DNA from: a virus
Lineage: Duplodnaviria > Caudoviricetes
Direction: 5' to 3' (one strand)
Length of the DNA stretch: 64,000 nt
IMG/VR virus record: IMGVR_UViG_3300034039_000011
Coordinates: 153-64,152 of that record
The notes beneath the pieces were generated by a model. It ran no database searches and was not told the origin of the DNA. It saw nothing but the letters and a program-made list of their open reading frames with translations. Positions 10,441-20,055 of this stretch are shown here, one piece after another. The position numbers were made by a program, and so were the translations under genes. Numbering within the stretch: the first letter of the stretch is position 1; each line of letters starts with the position of its first letter.

Positions 10441-11274
10441 TTAAATCTGTTCATTTATCTTATTTTTTGCATATTCATTAACCCATGCAAATCTTGTATT
10501 TATTTTTTCAATTATATGGTCTGGAAATTTATGTTCATGTTTTACATATTTAATTTCCCCTTCTTTAATTGTATGGGGGAATTTATAATTATAAAACATA
10601 TCATATTCAACTGTGGTCTGTTTCAAATCGGAGAAATTATTTTTATCGTAATCAAATCTTTCAATTCCGAGAAATTTATGAATTTTATCCATTGTATCTT
10701 GGGTTCTGTTGGTTAATGACCAATAATCAATTATTAATATTCTGTCCTCATATCCCATTTCAATTGCATCATTTAATAACCAAACTGGTCTTGCAACAAT
10801 TCCACCGTCATTTATAAACGCATCCACTCTTGCTGATAATGTGGTAAAATTAACCCCACCAGCCTCATCCACATTTTCCATTAAAATTGTTTTTCTGTGT
10901 TGTCTTTCAATTGACCATAATATATCAATGGGATTTCTGTATGTCCAAATAACTTTTGTTTCTTTATTGTCCATTATTTCATCCAATAACATTAAATGGG
11001 CTGTCCAACCTCTTGATTTGTCAAATATATATTTTTTCCCATCATAATAACCCTTTAAAAAACCAAGCATTCCATTTTTCATATTATTATATAATGAAAT
11101 TCTGTCATTTGTTTTAAAGGTGATATTATTTGAAAAATTTGTTCTCATTGACAACAAAACATCCAATACTGGGGATGTTGATGTTGCATGAAAATTTGGA
11201 TTCATATTTAAAATATTGCATAATAGAGTTGAACCGCTTCTTGGTAATCCTGCAATTAATGTTAGTTTTTCCAT
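10441..11274 (-). CDS. Sulfotransferase family protein
   Basis: PAPS-binding loop IAGLPRSGSTLL, then FDKSRGW and YRNPIDILWS (3'-PB motif). Confidence 0.88.
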   Translation of the reverse strand: MEKLTLIAGLPRSGSTLLCNILNMNPNFHATSTSPVLDVLLSMRTNFSNNITFKTNDRISLYNNMKNGMLGFLKGYYDGKKYIFDKSRGWTAHLMLLDEIMDNKETKVIWTYRNPIDILWSIERQHRKTILMENVDEAGGVNFTTLSARVDAFINDGGIVARPVWLLNDAIEMGYEDRILIIDYWSLTNRTQDTMDKIHKFLGIERFDYDKNNFSDLKQTTVEYDMFYNYKFPHTIKEGEIKYVKHEHKFPDHIIEKINTRFAWVNEYAKNKINEQI

Positions 11275-11477
11275 TTAATAATTTTTTTTTATTTTATTAT
11301 GTTTAAAGAAAAGATAAATATTATAAAAAAAATGTTATATTTTTTTGTATTATTTCCAAATCATTTCTATTTATGTTATGAAAGAAAATTAAAACGTTTT
11401 AATTATCCCTGGGGATGTGAATAAATCGCTTAAATGCGATAAAATAATAATAATAACAAATAAAAAAATTTAAAATT

Positions 11478-11879
11478 ATGTCAGTAATAATAAATGATAG
11501 TTTGGTAGGTCAAAAAATAAAAATTGATTCTTTTACTATTCATGGCAAAAAAGTTTATGATCAAGGAAGAGGAAAAAAGATGTTCCAAGCAACACCAAGA
11601 CATCTTATAGTAGATGATCACACTTTATCAATTGCTAATTTTTCTGTTTTCAATTTTATGGATGCGCTTTATGCATTATTTGGTGGTGTTAACTTTAATG
11701 AAGGTTGGAATTTAGTTTTACCACACAAATCTAGTTTAAATGATTTAATTAGCTTAGCAAGTTCAGGTCAGTATAATGAATTCATTTTAAAAATTAATAA
11801 AGATGAGAAAAATGTATTATTTGATATAAAAATTGATAACGTTCCATTTAGTGGTATAACAAACACATTGGCACTTTAA
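11478..11879 (+). CDS. Hypothetical protein
   Basis: 133 aa ORF with A-rich leader, followed by a terminator. Confidence 0.7.
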   Translation: MSVIINDSLVGQKIKIDSFTIHGKKVYDQGRGKKMFQATPRHLIVDDHTLSIANFSVFNFMDALYALFGGVNFNEGWNLVLPHKSSLNDLISLASSGQYNEFILKINKDEKNVLFDIKIDNVPFSGITNTLAL

Positions 11880-11894
11880 CAAACCTTAAACAAC

Positions 11895-11933
11895 AACCCA
11901 CCCATAACAAATATTGTGGGTGGGTTTATTTTT
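11895..11933 (+). terminator. Intrinsic terminator hairpin
   Basis: AACCCACCCATAA...TTGTGGGTGGGTT followed by a T-rich tract. Confidence 0.7.
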
Positions 11934-11969
11934 AATAAAAAATAACCAACCAATAAAAACTGTTTAAAT

Positions 11970-12191
11970 ATGCAAGTTTTATTTGATTATAGAAAAGAGG
12001 AAAAGGTTATCACAACACAAAAGGGTGATAAAATTGTGAAAGTTATAAGAAGAGGACCAAGAGGTATTGTAGCAAGAGTTATTGGTTACGGTATTATTGT
12101 AATTTATGATAAGACTGAAGCTGATGATCACATGAACGATACTGAAGAACAGCTATTAACAGCACTCATTTCAAAAATTGATGCTATTTAA
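11970..12191 (+). CDS. Hypothetical protein
   Basis: 73 aa ORF with plausible composition. Confidence 0.6.
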   Translation: MQVLFDYRKEEKVITTQKGDKIVKVIRRGPRGIVARVIGYGIIVIYDKTEADDHMNDTEEQLLTALISKIDAI

Positions 12192-12457
12192 TTTTTATTC
12201 ATAAATTCCATTATCAATTTAAATGCCTGATCAATTGTTTTAAACGATTTATCAGGTGCCAACAGATGTTTTTTGTTTATTAAAATCATAGGAACATAAT
12301 CATTACCGCTAATTTTTGTCAATTTTTCAAATTCTTCTTCATTTTTTTCATCAGATACATCAACATCATAATATTCAATTCCTTCATTTTCCAATTTACT
12401 TTTTAGTTTTTTACAATATACACAATCTGGCATTGTATAAATTCTAATCTCTTTCAT
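12188..12457 (-). CDS. Glutaredoxin/NrdH-like protein
   Basis: YTMPDCVYC (CxxC) and the cis-Pro motif YVPMI. Confidence 0.88.
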   Translation of the reverse strand: MKEIRIYTMPDCVYCKKLKSKLENEGIEYYDVDVSDEKNEEEFEKLTKISGNDYVPMILINKKHLLAPDKSFKTIDQAFKLIMEFMNKN

Positions 12458-12469
12458 ATCTTAATTTTT

Positions 12470-15175
12470 TTAACCAAAATTATTTTTTAATATATAATCT
12501 AAAATATATTCAGATTCAGAATAAGAATTTTTATTTTCTGATAGAATAGTATTTATAATATCTTTTTTATTTTTTAACACATTCCACATTATTTCGCTCA
12601 CGGTATTAACAAACAGTTGGTATTTTACAATTGTTCGTTTTGTTTGACCAATTCTATAACATCTATCTTCTGCTTGTTCATTATTACCAGTAACCCAATC
12701 AAAAGAATTAAAAATTACATAATTTGATTTTGTTAATGTAATTCCCACTCCAGCAGAAATAATATTTCCGATAAACACTTTTATTTTATCATTATTTTGA
12801 AATTCATCAACACTTATTTGTTTATCCTTATCAGACATCCCCCCATAATGTATAACGCTTTTATTTCCGAAATGCTCATGCAATTCCATTAATTCATCCG
12901 TAAATGTGGTAAATATAACAACTTTATTTCCATTTTCAATAATTTCATTTACATCTTCTATTGTATATGGGATATTTTCCATTGCAATAAATTTCCTTAA
13001 TAATGTAAGTTCCACCAATTCTCTTCTTGGTCTCCCTCTCTTTTTTTCTTCCCTTCTTTTTTCCAAATAATCTTCCCACAAATTTTCATATTCAAGCCTT
13101 TTCTCTTGTGTTAATTCATGATATTGTGGCATTATTATTTTTTCTGGCAAATCAATAACCTCATCTTTTAATCTTCTAAGCAAAACATTTTTTGTTTTTC
13201 TTGAAAGTTCATCAAGATTTGATGCTCCATTTGTTATCCATATTGTTTTCTTCTTTCCGCTTTTTAAACGTTTATTTATTTTTTTTGCATCACAATATCT
13301 TTTAACATAAAAATCCCATCTGTCAGCCACAGGATGTCTTATTAATTTTAATAAATTATAAAAATCAATTGGTCTGTTAACAATTGGGGTTCCAGTCAAC
13401 AACCACACCCTTTCAATTCCATGATTTAATATTATATCGCTTAATATTTTTGCACGTATTGATTTATAATTTTTAAGATAATGTGCTTCATCAATAATAA
13501 CCAAATCAAATTTGCTATTAACAATTTGTTTGTTATTCTCAATTAATATCCCTTCTTCATTTCTTATCCCATTCCCTATTGTGTGGAAGTTTTTAAGAAT
13601 ATCATAATTTATTATTGTGAATCTGCTACTATCCCATTTTCTTCCATTAACAATAACCACATTATCATCAAAATTTTTTATTTCACGTTCCCAATTTATT
13701 TTTACAGATGATGGACATACAATTAGAACTTTTTTTGCATTTATTTCCAATGCCGATATTATGGCTTGATATGTATTATGTGTAACAATCCCACCTTTTG
13801 TTACAAATAAATGAGATTTTGAATCCAATAAATAACAAACGCTTTCATTCATCCCTACATATTCAATATCAACAATATATTTTTCATATTTTGAATTTAA
13901 ATGTTTATGTTTTAAATAAAAAAATAAATCCATATCAATTGACATGGGTATTATTTCTTCTGGAAATATAAGGCTTAATTTATAATAATCATTTTCTTTT
14001 ATATATTCCCCAACACCACCCAAAGATTGTGTAACCTCAATTATATCTTTTGCCAAATTTATATATTTGGTTTTATAAATAATTTTTAAATATTCATCCA
14101 ATTCCAATTCAACATTGTTGTCAAATAATCCTTTTAATAAAGAAATTCTATCATATATGGAAGAATATTTGTATTCATTTTTTATTTCTTTATTTTTTAA
14201 ATTTGGTTTGTCCTTGTAATATGTTTCTGATAAAATTTTCCCATATAAATAAGGGTCTGTAATTAACGCTTTATTATTTTTAAATTCAATTGGTTTTGGC
14301 AATTGTATTTTCCATATATATTCATCATTTATTTTATAATATGTTTTTATTTTTTCACCATCAACATTTATTTCATTATCTTTATCACATAATTGTTTTG
14401 TGGTTAAAAACAACTCTTTATTATCATCTCTTTTAATAACCTTCCATAAATGGTCATCCGTAACGGTTAATGACGTATTATCATTAAATTTTACCTTATA
14501 TAACTTTCTTTTATCCTCATTATATATAACTTTTTTAACCTTTACTGGTTCACCATTTTCATCAATTAAAAAATCACCAACTTTAATATCCTTTGATTTC
14601 ACAATTCCATTTGGTGTATAAACATATTCATTTAAACCAATACATTTTCCCAATCCCATATCATCTGATAATATGCAACCTTTTCTTGAAACCAAAAATT
14701 TTATTCCTTCCTCTTGATGTTTAAATGGTTTTCTTTTTAATTTATCCAATTTTTCATATTTTGAAAAATCTATATCTATTTCTACATTATCAAAAAACAA
14801 ATCGTCCACCAATTGGGTTTTTGGTAACCAAAACAATTCGGAATTTTTTTGATTTTTTGTTAATTTTCCAATAACATGATAAGAATTTTCATTTTCAGCC
14901 AAAAATTTTTCCACCAGCATTTTTTTGGGAACAAATCCCAAATTATATTTTTCTTTGAAATGTTCACCAAGATATGGGGTAATTTCAATTATTTTATTTA
15001 TTGTTTCGGGTTCTTTATTATAATTGTTTATTATATAATCAATTTGTTTTGTTGTTAAACTTTTTCTTTTCAATACCTCAACATCATATTTTAATTTTTT
15101 TAAATATGGATTATTTCCATTATAATTTAACAACAAATTATATGCTTCTATATATTTTAGCTCTTTGTCTAACAC
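12470..15175 (-). CDS. SNF2-family helicase with intein (GTG start)
   Basis: DDMGLGK|T, IIDEAHY, LTGTPIVN, GVGITLT, QAEDRCYRIGQ. Confidence 0.93.
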   Translation of the reverse strand: MLDKELKYIEAYNLLLNYNGNNPYLKKLKYDVEVLKRKSLTTKQIDYIINNYNKEPETINKIIEITPYLGEHFKEKYNLGFVPKKMLVEKFLAENENSYHVIGKLTKNQKNSELFWLPKTQLVDDLFFDNVEIDIDFSKYEKLDKLKRKPFKHQEEGIKFLVSRKGCILSDDMGLGKCIGLNEYVYTPNGIVKSKDIKVGDFLIDENGEPVKVKKVIYNEDKRKLYKVKFNDNTSLTVTDDHLWKVIKRDDNKELFLTTKQLCDKDNEINVDGEKIKTYYKINDEYIWKIQLPKPIEFKNNKALITDPYLYGKILSETYYKDKPNLKNKEIKNEYKYSSIYDRISLLKGLFDNNVELELDEYLKIIYKTKYINLAKDIIEVTQSLGGVGEYIKENDYYKLSLIFPEEIIPMSIDMDLFFYLKHKHLNSKYEKYIVDIEYVGMNESVCYLLDSKSHLFVTKGGIVTHNTYQAIISALEINAKKVLIVCPSSVKINWEREIKNFDDNVVIVNGRKWDSSRFTIINYDILKNFHTIGNGIRNEEGILIENNKQIVNSKFDLVIIDEAHYLKNYKSIRAKILSDIILNHGIERVWLLTGTPIVNRPIDFYNLLKLIRHPVADRWDFYVKRYCDAKKINKRLKSGKKKTIWITNGASNLDELSRKTKNVLLRRLKDEVIDLPEKIIMPQYHELTQEKRLEYENLWEDYLEKRREEKKRGRPRRELVELTLLRKFIAMENIPYTIEDVNEIIENGNKVVIFTTFTDELMELHEHFGNKSVIHYGGMSDKDKQISVDEFQNNDKIKVFIGNIISAGVGITLTKSNYVIFNSFDWVTGNNEQAEDRCYRIGQTKRTIVKYQLFVNTVSEIMWNVLKNKKDIINTILSENKNSYSESEYILDYILKNNFG
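13775..14644 (-). mobile_element. Intein (290 aa, Cys1) in the SNF2 Walker A motif
   Basis: GLGK|CIGLNEYV...TDDHLW...LLKGLFDNN (degenerate LAGLIDADG)...SVCYLL...IVTHN|TYQ. Confidence 0.92.
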
Positions 15176-15275
15176 TTAAAAAATATAAATATATTTATTC
15201 CTTTGTTAAAACTATTTATTATATGAGGATTTGTATTATATATTATACAATAATAAAATTACCAAAAAAATATAA

Positions 15276-15788
15276 ATGAATAAAAAATTACCCATAAAAC
15301 GATTAAATAAATTTTATTCTGAAGAGGATTATAAATTGGATATTGAGATGGGTATGGAAGCTCTTGGTGATTCCAATTTTACCGTAATATTGTTTAGGGT
15401 TGATTATGATAGAACCGAAAGTGATGATTTGTATGGTGAATCTCCAAGAAACGGAATATCATTTTATCCCCCAGTTGAAATTACGGTATTTCCTTCAATA
15501 TCAGAAGCTGAAAATAAAGCATACAATGAAAATGCTGGTTCATTAAGATATATGCAAGATGGTAAATTGGAATTTTATGTATATGAAACGGAACTTCAAA
15601 TGAGAAATGTTGATATTAAATATGGGGATTATATCGGTTATCAAATTGATGAGGATAGAATTAAATATTTTGTTGTAACAAATGATGGCAAAATAAATTA
15701 TGATGATGAAAAAACAATAATGGGATATAAACATACTTATAGAAAAATAACATGTGCAATTGCAGATGAAAACGAATTTAACGGTTAA
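15276..15788 (+). CDS. Head-closure/neck protein (T4 gp14-like)
   Basis: DDLYGE motif, size and position before the tail-completion gene. Confidence 0.55.
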   Translation: MNKKLPIKRLNKFYSEEDYKLDIEMGMEALGDSNFTVILFRVDYDRTESDDLYGESPRNGISFYPPVEITVFPSISEAENKAYNENAGSLRYMQDGKLEFYVYETELQMRNVDIKYGDYIGYQIDEDRIKYFVVTNDGKINYDDEKTIMGYKHTYRKITCAIADENEFNG

Positions 15789-15790
15789 AT

Positions 15791-16825
15791 ATGGGTTTAC
15801 CAAAAGGATATTTAAAACATATGATGTTAAAAAAGTCCCCACAGGGGAATGAGAAAAGATATGAATTTTTTAAAAATATACAAAAGAATGTCGGTCATTT
15901 ACCAAAAGGGGTGTTATATGAAGATATTGATTCATCGTTCATAAATTTTGCCAATGAAAACTTTACCATTTTAATTGATGGAGAAAAAATACCAGTAATT
16001 TTTTTAACAATTCAAAGATGGAATGAATTTAAAAAGACTTGGTCATTTTCAGATAAAGATAAAAACATAAAATTACCATTCGTTACCATAACACGAAAAC
16101 CCGATATTCAATTTGGAACTGCACATGCTGGTAATTGGAATATACCCCATAATGAACAATATACATATGTAAAAGTTCCTGTTAATAAAGATGGGAGAGA
16201 AGGAATTGATATATATAAAATACCACAACCAATACCAGTAGATATTACTTATGAGGTGAGATTTTTCTGCAATAAGATGAAAGATTTAAATAAAATTTAT
16301 TTAAAAATACATAACTTATTTAAGAGCAGACAATATTATATATCCCCAAATAATCATTTTATGCCAGTTGTTCTTGAAAACATTGGTGATGAAAGTACAA
16401 TTAGCAATTTTGAAGATAGAAGATATTATGTTCAACTATTTGAAATGAAAGTTTTGGGATATATTTTGGATGAAAATGATTTTATTGTTGAACCTGCTGT
16501 TACACGTGGAATTATTTTAAATGAATTATATACAGACAATGATGTGATAAATGTTAAGGTTGATACGGATAAAGAAAATAGAACATTTACATATAATATA
16601 TTATTTAAACCTTTATCCAAAAATTGGATTGAAATAGACCCAGATATTGATGGGCAAGTTTTAACCGTAAACAAAATATCAAACATATATTCTTATGATA
16701 TTTACCTAAATGGTGTTAAAGTTACCGAACCATTTAATTTTACAGCTGATGACATTATAAAAATAAACATAACAAGAGACGCAAACATTGAATCCAAAAT
16801 AATTATTAATGGTATTATAATTTAA
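15791..16825 (+). CDS. Tail completion/sheath terminator (T4 gp15-like)
   Basis: DIDSSFINF, IKLPFVTITR and PIPVDITYEV motifs; synteny with neck and sheath genes. Confidence 0.6.
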   Translation: MGLPKGYLKHMMLKKSPQGNEKRYEFFKNIQKNVGHLPKGVLYEDIDSSFINFANENFTILIDGEKIPVIFLTIQRWNEFKKTWSFSDKDKNIKLPFVTITRKPDIQFGTAHAGNWNIPHNEQYTYVKVPVNKDGREGIDIYKIPQPIPVDITYEVRFFCNKMKDLNKIYLKIHNLFKSRQYYISPNNHFMPVVLENIGDESTISNFEDRRYYVQLFEMKVLGYILDENDFIVEPAVTRGIILNELYTDNDVINVKVDTDKENRTFTYNILFKPLSKNWIEIDPDIDGQVLTVNKISNIYSYDIYLNGVKVTEPFNFTADDIIKINITRDANIESKIIINGIII

Positions 16826-16830
16826 ATGTA

Positions 16831-17226
16831 ATGAGTTGTAATTCAAACCCCAAAAATATAAATAAAACTTTTATTGTTGAGCGTGTAGATAATGATGAAG
16901 ATTTAATACAAATAAGTGCTTGTACAGCCACTTATACAAATAAAATTCATTCTTGTTATGATGACACTGAAATTATATTAAGCGGTGATGTTATAACCAA
17001 TAAAAACATATTGCCAACAGAAGATAATACTTTTACCATTGGTTCTTCCAATTTAAGATTTAGAAAAATAAATTCTGTTGAAGGTGAAGTTACCGTTTTT
17101 AAAGTTACATCATCAATAGAAACTCCCTCATTAGATTTGGGTTATGATAATAATGGCGAACATAGGATAATAACAGCTAACAATTCAATAATACAAGATG
17201 ATATTTTAAGCGGGGGAACTTTTTAA
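16831..17226 (+). CDS. Putative fibre-associated structural protein
   Basis: ILPTEDNTFTIGSSNLRF fibre-type motif; ends in ILSGGTF. Confidence 0.5.
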   Translation: MSCNSNPKNINKTFIVERVDNDEDLIQISACTATYTNKIHSCYDDTEIILSGDVITNKNILPTEDNTFTIGSSNLRFRKINSVEGEVTVFKVTSSIETPSLDLGYDNNGEHRIITANNSIIQDDILSGGTF

Positions 17227-17323
17227 AATGATATAATTAAAATATTGTTTTAATATTTTTTTTGATATTTAATAATAGGTGATAGAAATAAAAAAATAAC
17301 ATTGTTAATATAAGTTAATAAAA

Positions 17324-18562
17324 ATGGCAATTAGAAAAACAACACATGTATTAAAGCATAGTACAATACCAAATAGAGCATTACCCTCATCATTATTGAC
17401 AGGCGAACCAATTGTTAATACTGCTGAAGGTATTGTTTATTTTTCGGGAGTATCATCTTCAACAAATGAATGGGTGCCTTCAGGTGTTAACCCAAATTTT
17501 TTTGAGGTAGGTTCTAATTTATATGATTTATCATTAAGAAATAGAATTATTAAATATGAAGGACAATCAGGATCTGCATTAGTTGATAAAATATTAGTAG
17601 GAACTAGTAGTGGATTTACTTTAGTAGATAAATCTACATTAGTATCATCATTGGATACTTATGTTACTGGTGCAACTTATGATCAAGCAACAGACACATT
17701 AACATTGTCTTTTAATCAAGGAAAACCTGATATTAATGTTACAGGAATTACTGATTATTATGTTACTGGTGCTACCTTAATTGGAAGTACTGTATATTTT
17801 AATAGAAATGATACATTATCAGCTTTTACATTAGATTTAAGTTCATTAGATGTAAATGACACTTATGTTAGCGGAATGACTTATTCTCCAAGTCAATTGA
17901 CGCTATCAAGAACTGAAGGAGAACCAGACCTTACTGTTATTATTGATACTTTTACTGGTGCAACAGTACAAGATTTAACACAAGGAAGAGTTGTGTTTGT
18001 TGGAACAAACGGAAAGCTAATTGACCAAGCTGGATTTACATATGATTCAACAACAAAAACATTATCAACGCCCACAGATGGGGCAATGAATGTTGGTACT
18101 GGAGGGTTGATTGTTGGTTCTGGTGGTGATCCTGATACTCCTGGTGTTGGAGATGTTGTTATTCATGGTAATTTAACTGTTTTTGGTGATTCTGTAAAAT
18201 CATTTACTAATGAATTATATGCAGAAGATCCCAGAATTACTTTAAACTATAATCCTACAGGAGACACTTCTAATTCTTCTGTAAATTCAGGAATTGTTAT
18301 ACAAGATGGTTCAGGTGTTGCTGGTTCTGATGTTGTATTTGCTATTGTTAGGGGAGCTAATTTAACTGGTACAACAACATCTACTATACCTGATATTTCA
18401 GAATATACAGGAACTACAGGCTATGGAAACAGAGTATTTATTACTGAATTAAATGATATAGTAATAAGAAGTACAGATTCATTTGATGATGGAACTGCTG
18501 GTAGTGTTAATGGAGTTAGAGTGTTGGCTGAATTTGATATATTGGATGGCGGAACATATTAA
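17324..18562 (+). CDS. Putative fibre protein (Mtd-N/hyaluronidase-N-like start)
   Basis: LKHSTIPNRALPSSLLTGEPIVNTAEG N-terminus; repeated DTYVTGAT units; ends in ILDGGTY. Confidence 0.6.
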   Translation: MAIRKTTHVLKHSTIPNRALPSSLLTGEPIVNTAEGIVYFSGVSSSTNEWVPSGVNPNFFEVGSNLYDLSLRNRIIKYEGQSGSALVDKILVGTSSGFTLVDKSTLVSSLDTYVTGATYDQATDTLTLSFNQGKPDINVTGITDYYVTGATLIGSTVYFNRNDTLSAFTLDLSSLDVNDTYVSGMTYSPSQLTLSRTEGEPDLTVIIDTFTGATVQDLTQGRVVFVGTNGKLIDQAGFTYDSTTKTLSTPTDGAMNVGTGGLIVGSGGDPDTPGVGDVVIHGNLTVFGDSVKSFTNELYAEDPRITLNYNPTGDTSNSSVNSGIVIQDGSGVAGSDVVFAIVRGANLTGTTTSTIPDISEYTGTTGYGNRVFITELNDIVIRSTDSFDDGTAGSVNGVRVLAEFDILDGGTY

Positions 18563-18588
18563 TTGTTAGTGTAAAATTTTAATAACAC

Positions 18589-18607
18589 AGCCTATATAGG
18601 CTTTTTT
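18589..18607 (+). terminator. Palindrome AGCCTATATAGGCT plus T-tract (weak terminator or regulatory hairpin)
   Basis: Perfect 14-bp palindrome followed by Ts between two fibre genes. Confidence 0.45.
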
Positions 18608-18625
18608 AAATATCCATATAGATAT

Positions 18626-19462
18626 ATGGCTAATCGTAAAAGTAGATTTATTTTAAAGAGGTCAAATGTACCTGGAAAAGTACCGACATTATCTGATTTG
18701 ATTACTGGTGAATTAGCATTAAATACAGCAGATGCTAAATTATATACCGAATCAACATCACAAGGTGCAATTGTTGAAATTGGATGGGATAAAGTATCGA
18801 AGTCAGGAGATACAATGTCAGGACAATTGGTTGCCCCATCGTTTTCAGCAAACACATATTATGGTGATGGGTCAAATCTTACAGGAATTGAAGATTCTTA
18901 TTTAACTGGTGGAACATTTTCATCAAACGGAACGTTAACATTAACTTTAAACAACTCAAAACCTGATGTTAATATAAATTTAAGTGGAATTAAAAGATTA
19001 TCATTTAATTCACAGCAAGCATTTCAAGTAAGTACCACTACAGCATATTTTACAACTTCATCAATGTCATTTATTGCATTTGATGGTACAGGAAATTCAA
19101 GTGAGAGATGTTCTTTTGAATTTATTGTCCCGACAGACTATGTATCAGGTGGAACTTTTTATATTATATACATGACACAAGCGACAACAGAAAACATTAA
19201 ATTTGAAATTGATATAACATCTGTAAATATTGGAGATTCGGCTGCAAACCTGACAGAAACGGGTCTATATGTTGTTGTGCCAGGCTCATCATCTGATTAT
19301 ATATTACAAGAATCACCACAAATATCCCCAGTAACAACTAATTTCACACCAAATAAAATAACATCTGTTACATTAATTAGACTTGCAGGAGATACAGAAG
19401 ATAATTATAATGGAACTGCTTATGTATGGGGGATTATATTTGAATATTATGGAATAATGTAA
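18626..19462 (+). CDS. Putative fibre protein (Mtd-N-like start)
   Basis: LKRSNVPGKVPTLSDLITGELALNTADAKLY; KSGDTMSG and YYGDGSNLTGI fibre motifs. Confidence 0.65.
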   Translation: MANRKSRFILKRSNVPGKVPTLSDLITGELALNTADAKLYTESTSQGAIVEIGWDKVSKSGDTMSGQLVAPSFSANTYYGDGSNLTGIEDSYLTGGTFSSNGTLTLTLNNSKPDVNINLSGIKRLSFNSQQAFQVSTTTAYFTTSSMSFIAFDGTGNSSERCSFEFIVPTDYVSGGTFYIIYMTQATTENIKFEIDITSVNIGDSAANLTETGLYVVVPGSSSDYILQESPQISPVTTNFTPNKITSVTLIRLAGDTEDNYNGTAYVWGIIFEYYGIM

Positions 19463-19479
19463 TTAAATAAATTGATTAA

Positions 19480-20052
19480 ATGGGAGAATTAAAAATTAAA
19501 AATCATATAATTAATGGTGATTTAACAAAAATAAAAAATGTTTCACCATCAGATTATTTTTTACAATTAAGTGGTGGGACTATAACTGGTGATTTATCTA
19601 TTAATGGAAATTTAACTGTTAATGAAATTAGTGAAACAAAAAAAATATGTTCATTATATAATTATGGATTAAATTATACAGTTAATTTTCCAGCAAAAAA
19701 TGTATGGGTAGCACCAAACGTTACATATAACCAAAAATTTTTATTTAATTTTTCAGTAAGTGGAAACAGTATTACATACACTCATCAAACAACTGATTAT
19801 TTTTTAATAATTTTAAGTGGAAATATTGAAAGAAATACTGAAAATGTTGATGTTTCAATGGGTATTTCAATAAATGATTCTATTCCTTCAATGGGTTATG
19901 TCTTTAAAAAATTAACTCATAAAGTTTCATTTACCATAACATCTATTTATCAATTAAATCAGAATGATGTTATTAAAATGGCATTAATGAGTGCAACAAA
20001 TAATTCAAGTGTAATAATAAACGATGTTGACATAAACATAATAAAAATTTAA
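19480..20052 (+). CDS. Putative fibre tip protein (C1q/BclA-like beta-rich C-terminus)
   Basis: LQLSGGTITGDL motif; beta-rich C-terminus ending ITSIYQLNQNDVI. Confidence 0.45.
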   Translation: MGELKIKNHIINGDLTKIKNVSPSDYFLQLSGGTITGDLSINGNLTVNEISETKKICSLYNYGLNYTVNFPAKNVWVAPNVTYNQKFLFNFSVSGNSITYTHQTTDYFLIILSGNIERNTENVDVSMGISINDSIPSMGYVFKKLTHKVSFTITSIYQLNQNDVIKMALMSATNNSSVIINDVDINIIKI

Positions 20053-20055
20053 AAC

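Noticed and set aside
17324-19462. Diversity-generating retroelement suggested by Mtd-N-like domains
   Set aside because: No reverse transcriptase and no adenine-variant TR/VR pair seen in the window.
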